The notes below the pieces were generated by a model. That model had not been told where the DNA came from. It did not search any database and was given only the letters and a program-made list of their open reading frames with translations. This document shows, piece after piece, positions 13,010 to 25,784 of a DNA stretch of 64,000 bases; position 1 is the first letter of the stretch; each line of letters opens with the position of its first letter. The translations under genes and the position numbers were made by a program. The DNA is from Octopus vulgaris (lineage: Eukaryota). Location of the stretch: assembly GCA_951406725.2 (NCBI GenBank), contig OX597815.1, positions 129,890,001 to 129,954,000 on the forward strand. The letters run 5' to 3'.

Positions 13010-13220
13010 AATGGTTTCAAATTTTGGCACAAGACCAGCAGATTTTTAGGAGAGAGGGAAGGCGATTACGTCGTCCCTAGTACTCAACTGGTACTTATAC
13101 ATCAACCTCCAAAGAATGAAAAGCAAAGTCGAGCCTGACGGAGTTTGAATTCAGAACACAAAGACAATATCGCTAAGCTTTCTGTCCGACGTTCTAACAA
13201 CACTGCCAACTCACCGCCTA
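13010..13220 (-). mobile_element. SINE family B copy
   Basis: Reverse-complement similarity to 11685-11900. Confidence 0.7.
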
Positions 13221-13781
13221 AACAAGAACGACAAAAATGATAACCAAGTCACCATGTCGCTTTCCAAATCTATTTTAACCATCACCTCATAAAACTATCA
13301 GCTGACAAAATCAATAAACAATGAGACAACGACTACGCTACACCTACACTGCTACACTGAATAGTATCGCTAAAAATCCAAATCATAACTACCTTTCTCT
13401 ATACCAAAGTGTTCTTCATGTGTTACTACAACGACTTTTGTTATTATGCCTCGTTTATAGTAAGTTTGCAGTCAGAACAATTTCTCTGTCATTGAGAACG
13501 TCTTCATCTGTTTTTATTTGAAATTATCTGTTGAATATTTGAAAAGTTGTCTCTTCAGTGGCTTCATTTTAAGTTCTTACTCAGAAAAATGTCTTTCACC
13601 ACCTTTTCGGTTCATTTCCTAACGCCTTCTCCACTTTCTCTCTCTCACTCTACTTTCTTTGTCTTTCTCTTTATATTTTTATAGCTTCACAAAAAAAAAA
13701 AAACACACACACAAAACCCTTTAAAAACAGCAAACAGGGAGACGTGACTTAGTCTCGTATGATGTGTGTAAGTACACGCGC

Positions 13782-13899
<118 letters not shown>

Positions 13900-13941
13900 T
13901 TTATATATATATATATATATATATGTATATGTATATATATA

Positions 13942-14797
13942 TAGGGTGTTCGGGCTAAATTTGACGATTTATGTCTCCTTATTCTTTCAGGAATAGTTCG
14001 ATGTATTAGTGCACAGTCAACGGCGTTGAAGAGTATAAGGATTAAAGTTGTAGTCCAGAAAACGTCAGCTGACACGGAAGACTGGAAGCCATCTGATTAT
14101 TGGAAAAGAGCTACCTGTATCATGATGACTCGTACCGGTATCAAAATACCAACATGATGACTGCTGCTCAGTGCTGTGTGAACACTGAAACTGCTGTAAG
14201 ACGTAACATGGACAGCTGCAACGGAGACGACGAAACCATGACCAGCAAAAATGGACACATCAGGCGATCCGCATGCTTTGGATAAGGCCTTGGGTTAAAT
14301 TCATACCGGCTATGTTGAGCTGCTGGAGACTGTGGTCAAACCATAGCTGGAGAGGGTTGCTGCTGGAAAGCCATATATGTGGCAGCAGGATTCGGCTCCT
14401 CGCCATACTTCCGGAAAGAGCCAGATTTGGTTGTCGGAGAATTCCTACAACCTCATGAGTCTCGATTTCTGGCCTCCTGATTTCTCCGATTTTAATTCCC
14501 TGGATTGCTATGTGTGAAGCGCGGTTCAAAAAAGCCAACAACCACTCTGCCTGCAACACCAAAGCCGAGCTGAAAGAGGACACAAGGACACAATGAGGAA
14601 CGCATGTGCCATGTGCCGGAGTGCCGGAGTTTCTGGAAGCCTTGGCAGAAACTGAGGGCCGCCACTTTGAGTAAACAGTTATTTCCCAGCCATAACTTAC
14701 TTGATATTTTTCATTTTTAAAATACTTTTATGTTTGGATGGCATATCGCGTCTTTTTTTCTTTTATTCAAACTGTCAAATTTATCTCGAGCGCCCTG
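13942..14797 (+). mobile_element. Internally deleted maT/DD37D Tc1-mariner element with both TIRs
   Basis: Left TIR tagggtgttcgggctaaatttgac and right end gtcaaatttatctcgagcgccctg; peptide YVELLETVVKP*LERVAAGKPYMWQQDSAPRH..WPPDFSDFNSLDCYV. Confidence 0.85.
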
Positions 14798-14798
14798 T

Positions 14799-14855
<57 letters not shown>

Positions 14856-15141
14856 GATACATTGTATTTGTATTGGATGTATAAATGTTTAAAATTATGT
14901 ACTTTCGGTTATGTTATACTGAGGACGGTAAATTGTATTACATCCCTAAAACAGAAATCGATCTATGGCTAAATCTTTCCCTCGCTTTCAGCCCATGTCC
15001 ATGTGATAAACAAAGTAGTTTTAAAGCCATTTGGTGTCTTCTTCTGGCATGTGGCGTTACTCAGTAGTTGCACTTATTATAATCTTATAATTTTATTATC
15101 ATAATTTTATAAATATAATTATAAAATTATAATTTTATAAA

Positions 15142-15456
15142 CAATAATAAATCTCTGAAAGAGGTATAAACAGTAACTGCACGACAATGTGAGGTATATT
15201 TGCCATCTCAATATGGCTAACCACTAAAGGTGGGTGTATATTTGCCATCTCAATATGGCTAACCACTAAAGGTGGGTGTTACTGTAGCTTGTAGCCCCAG
15301 GAGAACATCTCCTCCAGCCGGCTATAGGCACACTTTCTGCGCCCTATCGGTATTTGCAAAGGAGGTCATTCTTCCCTCGTCAACCTAAGTGATACGCACG
15401 GACTGCAGTTTCTGTCTTGACCCGTCATCAACGTACGACAATCACCGGTTTTCGAT
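15142..15456 (-). repeat. Hammerhead-bearing ~350-bp repeat (PLE pLTR / retrozyme-like), left part; continues at 20786-21012
   Basis: 15142-15335 is repeated at 20865-21012; internal 42-bp tandem duplication starting at 15194 and 15236; related to the hairpins at 21077 and 44000. Confidence 0.75.
15396..15436 (-). ncRNA. Minimal type I hammerhead ribozyme motif
   Basis: Minus strand GTACG-TTGATGA-CGGGTCAAGACA-GAAA-CTGCAG-TC-CGTGC: 5-bp stem I, palindromic stem III, GUC site; C3U change and imperfect stem II. Confidence 0.65.
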
Positions 15457-15663
15457 TAATTCTTTATTATGATTATAAAATCAGTACATAGAAGAACAAT
15501 ACAGACATACATACAAAAAACAGTTAAGTGGTTCGTTTAAAAATTTCCAAAATATATGGATTATTCATTATACAAAAAACTGTATTTAAATTGTCCTTTG
15601 CATTGACTAATATAACATTACATTAGATTGAAATCTTACCGATATATTTTAAACCCCAGCAAC

Positions 15664-18600
15664 CTATAAGGCCCCGCTGCTTTCCTTTCCTCTTCTCCAT
15701 CCATAGTTAAACTGGGTTTCTGACACCCACCTTTTTCGCCACTTCCTTCCATCTTTTTCATACACATCTCGTGGTAAGGTCTTCTTTTCCAGCCCCATTT
15801 TGCTCTTCAGATGATATCTGAAGTAAGTGAGCAAGCCGGGGCCTGAGACAAAGGATCCTATTGCGACTCCTTCCATTCTTGTACGCCACATGCATTCTTT
15901 TACTACTGCAACCGTGCAGTGAAAACATGCCTCACCTTCCTTCGAGGGTCCAGTATCATCTTAATCATAGACTCAGCCGACTGCTGTACTCGTCCAAGAT
16001 GCGATAACACGTGTTCTGCGTAACTTATCAAGTCTGACAACTGCCGACAGTGTACAAAAGCGTGCTGGACGGTTTCATCTTGGACATGTCGGTGGCACTG
16101 AAATTCCGTGCCGCGATAACTTCTCGCGAACAGGTAAAGCATTCCTATAACACTGCCAGGCCAGGGATCTTTGGAAATTATCCAAATACCCCGTCCTGAA
16201 AGTCTTTTTAAACAGGTTGGTAAGCTGGTCTTCGTCGAACCCCAGAGCCCCTCCTAGGACGTCGTCGTTCTTTGCCTCTACCAGCCTGCTATAAAATACC
16301 GAGGTGGTATTTCTGCAGCCGGCCTTGCCCGCCTTGTGGATCAGCGTGAGTGCCTGTCGGCACTCCTTTTGCTATAAAGTCAGATTCCGTCTTTTGATGC
16401 AACCGGGTTTAAAATTCACTAAGGAAGCCGGTCTCGGGAAAATTCCCCTGCCAGCGGACTCCACACCTTATCACCCTCCAGGTGGTGCCAGAGATGCTTC
16501 AGCCTCAACGCATGTCTGCGCATCATCAACCAAGGCATTCCTAATCCACCCTTTAACGGTTCCTGGCAGCAAACGAAGCGCCTCACAAGTGGCTTTCCTC
16601 CCTTCCACAAAAAGCGGAAAAGGATTCGCTCCAACTTGCTAAGCCATGAATCGGGGCAAAGGACAACGGTCAGGCGGTAAGTGATTACAGATGCAATGAA
16701 CATCTGTACCACCTCCGCCCTTCCTTTCAAGGACAGAAACCTTCTGGACCAGGTCCGTACTATGGCCTCCACCTTGTACGTCACCTCACTCCAATTCCTC
16801 TCCGTTTGGGAGTCTGGTCCAAACCAAACTCCTAGCAACTTAACAGGACCATCTGTCCAGTGTCCCACGGCACTGGACGATATCGACTTGCTCCTCCAGG
16901 TGCCGAGGCGTAAGCCAATCGACTTGTCCTTGTTAACATTTGCTCCTGCCACCACCTCGTATCCTCTGATAGCATCTTCTACACAAGGTAGCTGAGCCTC
17001 ATTGGACACGATGAAGGGTGACGTCATCCGCATAAGCGGAAACCGTCCTCCCGCCTCCGATCTCATCCGGGTTACTTCCCAGCCTCTCCAACTTTCGCAG
17101 CAATGGCTCGAGAGCCAACACGTACAAAAGTGGTGACAAGGGGCACCCTTGACGGACTGAACATTCGATCGAAAACGGTTCCGTTAGGTAACTGTTTATC
17201 TGGACGGTGGACTTGATGCCGCTATACATAGCGGAGATCCACCCGCGAAATTCAGGGCCCAGTCCAGCCGCTTCGAGGACCGTCGCCAGGTACTTATGGT
17301 CTACCCTATCGAACGCTTTACTTTGGTCTAAATGGACCATTATCCCGCCCTTGCCGGTTAATTTACCCATCCTATCTAAGGTGTAGCGTATAAGGTGAAG
17401 ATTGTCCTGGATCGACCTGCCTGGAATTGCACATGTCTGTGCTTTCCCTACAAGTTTCTCCACGACAATCGTCAACCTTTTTGCCAACACCTTGGCCAAA
17501 ATCTTTAACTCTACATTAAGTAGAGTTATGGGCCTGTAATTACTAATGTTATCCCCCCTTGCTCGGGTCTTTCTGGATTAGCGTCACCACTCCCCGGCTT
17601 ACAGAACTGGGAATTCTCCCGTTCTGCTGCCAGTTCGCGTAGACGCCTGCCAGTATTCCCCCGAACAAGTCCGGCATACTTTGATAAAACTCGTAGGGCA
17701 GACCATCCAACCCCGGCGACTTCTCCCCGGCGCATCCGGCCAGTACCCCCTCTATCTCCGCGGGAGTGATCGCTCCTTCACAGCACTCCACCTCACGCCC
17801 CGAGAGCCGCGGTCCGCCGGTTAGGAAGTCCTTTAAGGCCCTCCCCGCTCCAGCGAACCCCCCCCCCCGAACGTGCGGGTGAAATGCTGGTGAAGAAACT
17901 TTTGCATCTCCTCCTGTCCATAGATCTTGTGTTCCTATTCGTCAGTTAAAGACTTGATTGAAGCTTTGTTACCTCTCTGACTGTCCACTCGACGGCCCAT
18001 CCGGCAACGTTAATACATTCTCGTTTCCCTGCGCGTAGCTTAGCTCTAACTCTGCAACCTTCGTGTTTGGAGTTAAGGTGACGGTACAATACCGTCCTTG
18101 CCGCCATCACTCCGGATGCAGAGCCAGATTCCATTGCCTCGTTTAGATTCTTAACTAAATCGTCCTCTATCCTAGACCTATCTAACCTTAGCTGATTGCT
18201 AAATCTAATGGACTCTGAACGAATGGCTCTTTTGAGGGAGTGCCACCATCTATTGTTAATGATGGTGCCACATAATGCCCTCTGTACTAACACCTTAATC
18301 CGGGTACGGAAGTATTCACAATTCAAAATAGACTTGTTCAGCTTCCAGTACCCGGGTCCCTGTCTATGACACTTATCTAATTGCACCCTACAAGTCACAA
18401 ATTTGTGATCCGTGTAAGACACAATGTGAAACTGTGGACAACTAAACGTATCCTTATCTCTTTTCCTAACGAATATCCTATCCTATATACGATCTGCGTG
18501 AAGCCGTCGTTGTTACTCCATGTCCACTGTGGAACGCTCGGCTCATTCCAGTCGATAACGGTCTACTAGATTAAAGCTCTCTAGTAGACCCTTGAGGCTA

Positions 18601-19079
18601 GGGTTCCTCTTCCTATTGGTTGAGCCAACACTGTCGACCCGCGCTTCGAGGACAGTGTTAAAGTCCCCTACTAAGACTACCGTTTTCGACGTCACTAAAA
18701 AGTACTCCAGATTCCGAAAAAAACCCCGACTGCCTACACTCATTCGAAGCGTAGACAGCTACCAATCTGAAGGACTGTTTACTTACGTGCGTCAACATCC
18801 AGAACGACCAGCCTGCCTTCTTGGTCCAGAAAGACAGTACTTACCTGCAAGTCCAAGCTCTTCCTGATAAGGACTGCCACGCCCCTTCCTCCTCCTCGGC
18901 TAGGAGAAATAAATTTCTCGAAACCATTTAGAAGAGGCGAGAACGCTTGGGCCCCGTTCATCTTGGACTCGGTTAACAATAGCTACGTCCACTCCGTGTG
19001 TCGTGAGGTCGTTCAGGAGACAAATTTGTTTCCATTTCGACCCCATTCCACGCACATTCACACAACCCAGCTTTGCCAT
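15664..19079 (-). pseudogene. Tx1 ORF2: APE endonuclease + RT + C-terminal Cys/His region, frameshifted
   Basis: MAKLGCVNVRG, VGDFN, SYTDH, GPGYWKLN, KSPGLDGLPYEFY, LDQSKAFDRVDH, VRQGCPLSPLLY, AYADDV, ETVQHAFVHC. Confidence 0.92.
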
Positions 19080-19102
19080 TGTCGGAGAGAGAGAAAAAAA
19101 AC

Positions 19103-20534
19103 TTATGGTTGGGACAGGGAGCATGACAGTTTAAATCTGCATGCTTTCCTTTCTTCCTCCCTTGTGGTCGTAGCTGCAGGGCTCTTAACCGGCGTTACCA
19201 TCGGGATCTGGGTAGGTGTGGTTGCCGGGGTTATAGTAAGTTTGCCCTCCAGTATTTCGTTAGTTACGTCTCTGATAAGGTTATTTTTTAAATGTTCTTG
19301 GAGTGTTTTTTCCTTCCACTCGTCTTCCTTTATTTTTGCAAAACGAGTGGTCGACTTAGTGTCTGCAGACTTACTGAATAATTTCAGTTTTGAAAATTTA
19401 AAATACTTAAACACTCTATCGTTCCTCTCGTCGAATGCTACAATCTTTTCATTTTTTTAATCAATTTTTTCCAATCTTGTTTTATGGGGAGGGGCTTGGC
19501 GAACTGTGTTCCAATGAATACAGTGCCGTGGGGGTAGGGCTGGGGAATTTGTTTTGTATGTATCTCTGCGGTGTTTGCTGATTTTTTCTTTGTTTGGGGA
19601 GGTGAGTCCAGGGTATTTTCTTTTTTTCTTTTGTGTGTCACCTGTGTAAATTCCATTTGCTCATTTTTATCTTCCGTTTCGATTCCTTGTCGCAGTCTCG
19701 GGGTCTTTTTCCGCCTTTTCTTTTTCTGTGTTTGAAGCACTTTGAGGAGGGGCTTCGCTGTTTTTCTTTTTTTTTATGCAGTTCGAGCGGACGTGACCCT
19801 TTTCACCACATTTGAAACACCTAGGTCTGCGCCCCTTCCACTGACACTCTCATTGAAATTCCCTCCTCAATAAATATCCTATCGGATAAGTTTTTTAGCA
19901 CATTATTTTCTGCTTGAACGAGGAGTTCGAGCGCTTGTCCCTTCCAGTTTACCTCCTCTTTCCTTTTCATCTGCAGAATTGAGACTTTCTGCTCTACGTC
20001 GTGCAGAACCGCCGCTGCTACCCACATTATATCATATCCTCTTGGTAATGTCTTCCACATATAGTTTCGCAGTTCTTTTTCCCATATAGGTAGGTAGTAA
20101 CATGATGTCCTCACTTTTTAAGGTCATCGATGAAATCTCTCTTGCCACATCAGCCGAGTCGAAATGTGCTTCAACGGTAGCGCTGCGGGCACCTCGACCG
20201 ACGTAGCGAATTTTGCTCCACACCGGGGACAAGCACTTCTCTACTATTTCGTTCTTCACGTCCATTATTTTTTTCTCTTTGTTACTGTAAACCTTGTACA
20301 CGACTGTCTTGGCCTTTATTTCCTGTAATATCTTGCGGCGGTACCAGTTTTATTTCGTTGCCTTCCTTTTTGACCAAGTTCCGGTATTCGAACAACTGTT
20401 CTATTTTGAATTCCACTTCCGTTACGGTTCCGCCCACTGCTGGCCGAAAAAGACTGTTTTTTAACCTCGATATCCTTCTGTTCGCCTTTTCCCATCACGG
20501 GAAAGTCGCTCCTCGACGCCAAGTCGAACTCCAT
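19103..20534 (-). pseudogene. Tx1 ORF1 (gag-like, CCHC zinc knuckle), frameshifted
   Basis: CFKCGEKGHVRSNC at 19778-19819; Lys-rich tail; split across several ORF-track fragments. Confidence 0.8.
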
Positions 20535-20785
20535 TTCTCAAATTATGAGAACCAATTTTAAAAAAAAAAAATTACCCCGAAGGTAATAACAATGTTTATA
20601 CACAGAATTTTCAGCCCCGTAGGGCGAAAATTACTGTCACACAACGGACAACTGTTCAAATTCACGAGCAAACACAAACAACAACGAACAAAAAACGAAC
20701 TCACTCAACAAAATAGGCAGCTAACTTCTCAATACGCAGATGATAGAGGGGTCCCTAGACGAGTGACAAAACACCGGTTTTCGAT

Positions 20786-21008
20786 GAAAGGAGTTCCCAA
20801 TGCAAATATTAATATCCTTTTTCCAGTAACTTTGCGTCACTGATCTTGAAAAAGTGTATACAAGCAATAATAAATCTCTGAACAAGGTATAAACAGTAAC
20901 TGCACGACAATGGGAGGTATATTTGCCATCTCAATATGGCTAACCACTAAGGGTGTGTGTGACTGTAGCTTGTAACCCCAGAACATCTTCTCCAGCTGGC
21001 TATAGGCA

Positions 21009-21012
<4 letters not shown>
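20786..21012 (-). repeat. Right part of the interrupted hammerhead repeat plus a partial second unit
   Basis: 20865-21012 duplicates 15142-15335 without the 42-bp duplication. Confidence 0.75.
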
Positions 21013-21076
<64 letters not shown>

Positions 21077-21338
21077 TAATAGTTATCGCCAAGCTAATAT
21101 GGCAGTCCACAAATATAGGACGAATACTGCCGTTGATTAGCTCCAAGAGGCCATCGCCTCTAGCTAGCTATGTGATACACGAACCTGTGTTCATTATAAC
21201 CTTCGAACAGGGGGGGTCAAGTGGACACAGGCTCGTGTGTCACATAGCTAGCTAGAGGCGATGGCCTCTTGGAGCTAATCAACGGCAGCATTCGTCCTAT
21301 ATTTCTGGACTGCCATATTAGCTTGGCGGTAACTATTA
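21077..21338. repeat. Near-perfect hairpin, arms of about 115 bp (inverted pLTR-like)
   Basis: taatagttatcgccaagctaatatggcagtcc... versus ...ggactgccatattagcttggcggtaactatta. Confidence 0.9.
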
Positions 21339-21391
21339 GTATCCAGTACCGCTGCCGTAGTCTCCTTTAGAGAGACTTAGAAATATTAATA

Positions 21392-21450
<59 letters not shown>

Positions 21451-21454
21451 TCTT

Positions 21455-21668
21455 TTTTTTTTACTTGTTTCAGTCATTTGACTGCGGCCATGCTGGAGCA
21501 CCACCTTTAGTCGAGCAAATCGACCCCGGGACTTATTTTTTGTAAGCCCAGTACTCATTCTATCGGTCTCTTTTTGCCGAACCGCTAAGTGACGGGGACG
21601 TAAACACACCAGCATCGGTTGTCAAGCGATGGTGGGGGACAAACACAGACACACAAACACACACACAC

Positions 21669-21710
<42 letters not shown>

Positions 21711-21885
21711 ATATATATACATATATACGACAGGCTTCTTTCAGTTTCCGTCTACCAAATCCACTCACAAGGCATTGGTCGGCCCGAGGCTATAGCAGAA
21801 GACACTTGCCCAAGATGTCACGCAGTGGGACTGAACCCGGAACCATGTGGTTGGTAAGCAAGCTACTTACCACACAGCCACTCCA
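21455..21885 (-). mobile_element. SINE family A copy
   Basis: Head GGAGTGGCTGTGTGGTAAGTAGC...GGTTCAGTCCC on the minus strand. Confidence 0.88.
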
Positions 21886-21889
21886 TATA

Positions 21890-21925
<36 letters not shown>

Positions 21926-21944
21926 TGTATGTATGTATGTATAT

Positions 21945-22135
21945 ATATGTTGGGGTGTCTGTGTTTGACATCCCACCGTCGCTTGACAACCGATGTTGGT
22001 GTGTTTATGTCCTCGTAACTTAGCGGTTTGGCAAAAGAGACCAATAGGCTTACAAAGAATAATTCCTGGGGTCGATTTGTTCGACTAAATGTGGTGCTCC
22101 AGCATGGCCGCAGTCAAATGACTGTAACAAATAAA
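21945..22135 (+). mobile_element. SINE family A 3' half, opposite orientation
   Basis: ccaccgtcgcttgacaaccgatg...ccagcatggccgcagtcaaatgactg. Confidence 0.8.
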
Positions 22136-22203
22136 AACATATATATGCATGTATGTATGCATGTATGTATGTACACACACACACACACACACATACACAT
22201 TAC

Positions 22204-22317
22204 AGTTAAAAAAGGAAAGAAAATGGAAATAAGGAAGTTAATTATTTATTATTAGCAAATTGGTCATCTTAATAATAAATATTAACTTCCTTATCTCCAT
22301 TTTCTGTTCTTTTAACT
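22204..22317. repeat. AT-rich hairpin, arms of about 50 bp
   Basis: agttaaaa..gaaaatggaaataaggaagttaat..tattatta versus taataataaatattaacttccttatctccattttc..ttttaact. Confidence 0.85.
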
Positions 22318-22450
22318 AGATATAAACTATGTGCTTAATATGTACTTATTGTTTTAAGAGAATTTCATTCCTCAATAAAACTAGGTATCGAACCAGTATT
22401 TCCTTGGATGCAAACCATCCCTTTACGAGGTTAACATATCCTCTAATTAA

Positions 22451-23083
<633 letters not shown>

Positions 23084-23639
23084 TTAGTTGTGTTTGAGTG
23101 TGCAATTAAAAATGACATTAAGTGGTTAATTAATATACAGAAAGGAAAAGTTAATGGGGAGGGGGCTAGGGCATTATCGAAATTACAGTCACCTGAATTG
23201 ATAAATGTGAATATAGAAGAGGACTTTCAGTAGACACCGTACTCGAGTAGTCTAACAGGTAAATTTCAGTCCAAAAGAGACATATAGAGGGAAACTATTA
23301 GCAGGGACCTAACACACATATTCACCCACATCTGTAGTGCTAAGTTCCTCCTCTCCTACCCAATAAATAGATAAGCACATAAATAACTGTAAAATCCCCT
23401 TCCCTACCAGACGTGTTTTAGTGCTCATTTTTTCTCTTTTACCTGTATTTTTTTAAAAGTCAAGTAGACATCAAGTGTTTCTCGACTTCCAAAATGTTTC
23501 GCTACCTTTCCTTGCTTAGTCCAAGAAGCTAAAACTACTGCTACCTCTACTGCGATCACTCCTCCTCCTACTCCTCCCACTTCTCCGTTTCTGTCTCCTC
23601 CCGCCCCTTCTGCAACTTCTCCTGTATCTCAAATTGCAT

Positions 23640-24165
23640 GACGACGACATCGACCAGCACCACCAGCACTAGTCTCGGCATCACCACAACCACAACAACC
23701 ACCAGCACCACCAACACCATCGTAACCACCGCCACCACTACCACCAGCACCACAACCCCAACCCCAACCACCGCCTGCATCACCAGCATCAGCAACACTA
23801 TCACCACCACCACCACCACCACCACCATCACCACCACCACCACCACTACCATCACCACTACCACCGCCAGCAGCAGTAACTGCAAGAGATCCACCACCGC
23901 CGCCTTAACAACCACCACCACCATAATCACCACCACTACCAAAAACCATCACCACCACCACCATCACCACTACCAGCACCATCCCCACCACCACCTCCAC
24001 CACACCACCACCACCACAACCACCACCACCACCACCACCACCACCACTACCTGCACCAGAACTAGAACCATAATCAGCACAACCACCACAATCACCAACA
24101 CAACCAGAACCGCCCGTCACCACAACCACCACCACGACGAAGACGACAACGTTGACCACCACCAC
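23640..24165. repeat. (CAC)n-rich low-complexity tract
   Basis: Direct inspection. Confidence 0.9.
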
Positions 24166-25325
24166 TAGTAATGCACATGAACCTCTGTTTCGTTCTGCAG
24201 CTATTGAAATAGTCAATGAAGGAGGTAAAGATTGAATTAAAAAAAAACAGAACTGATGTGGACTGGAGCAGTATGGAGTGGGCTTCGGCCGGGAACACAC
24301 ATACACACAACACAATACATGCACATACGCATAGACATGACTCTACGCAACACATAAACACTCTCACACACGCGCACACACTTGTGCATACATGGAGACT
24401 AACACACATACTGCAGTCAACAGGGGGGCGGTGGAAGTGTAGAGTATATACGAGAGCTATAGGACGAGGAGAGGGAGGAGGAAAATAAAACAACGTGGGA
24501 TGCTTCTTACCTGTTCCTTCTGGTTTCTTCCGAATCCCATCTGGAATATATAAATATATATATACATATAGGTGCATACATAGATACATACGCACACATG
24601 CACACATACAAATATAGTGTCATTCACATATATATATCATACTGGCATACGCATATAGACATATAAATTCATATACATGCATGCTCACATAAACATACAG
24701 GTACCTAGGTACATACATAGAGACCTACCTACCTGTCTACATACATACGTACATACATTCATATATATTCATATTTATTGACCAGGTAGAAAGAACAGAC
24801 AGCTACGATTCCAAGAATATTGATAGAGTATAAAGCCACACACCCTTCTTTATACAAGACCAACACACATACATACACACAGGGAGAGAGCGAGAGAGAA
24901 AGGGAAGCTCGGTGAGATAGTTAGCGAGAGAGAGGGAGAGAGAGAGAAGGGAGGGAGAAAAAAGAGAGTGGGAGACAGAGAGAGGGGGAGAGTGAAGTGA
25001 GAAAGCGAGAGATAGAGAAGAGAAAGAAAGAAAAATGAGTGACAATGATAGGGTGATTGAGAGAGGATGAAATAAGAGAGAGTGACAGAAGACGAAAGCC
25101 AGAGTAATGAATGAAGAAATACAAGAATATTTATCAACATTTCCAAAGACAGGTAAGAATCGTTTGAGAAAACTTCATTGTTTTTGCTTGGAAATTTAAG
25201 ACAAAACAGAAAAGAAATTGTTTTATGTCAGACTACGTTACACGTTACACGTGTATGTGCTGTGACATAGTGCAAAGCTGTGCAAATATACACATATGTT
25301 CATGCATACAAACGCACACAACCTA

Positions 25326-25403
<78 letters not shown>

Positions 25404-25730
25404 AACGTACACACAAATAAGTACCACATGTATACACATACGGTGTAGAGGTACTTGGGCTGAAAGTAGCCATCGATATTTGCCCTGCACACTAGATGTA
25501 AAAAGAGGGTGGATACAGATATATGTGTGTGTGTGTGTGTTTGCGCGCGCATATTTATATGCATGTATACATACGTAAGTACACACACTCACACACACAT
25601 ATATACATACACACACACAGAGTACACACTATATATACGTACGCTCTATACGACATATATTTTCATACGTATATATGTGTGTGTGTGTGTGTACACTATA
25701 TATATATGTGTGTGTCTGTGTGTGTGTGTA

Positions 25731-25780
<50 letters not shown>

Positions 25781-25784
25781 TTTA

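Larger units (their letters stand above)
15457..20771 (-). mobile_element. Full-length Tx1/L1-clade non-LTR retrotransposon (5315 bp)
   Basis: 14-bp TSD CACCGGTTTTCGAT at 15443-15456 and 20772-20785; ORF1 and ORF2; AATAAA on the minus strand at 15463-15468. Confidence 0.92.

Noticed and set aside
23141-23258. AG...GT bounded exon candidate
   Set aside because: Stops in all three frames and a weak acceptor
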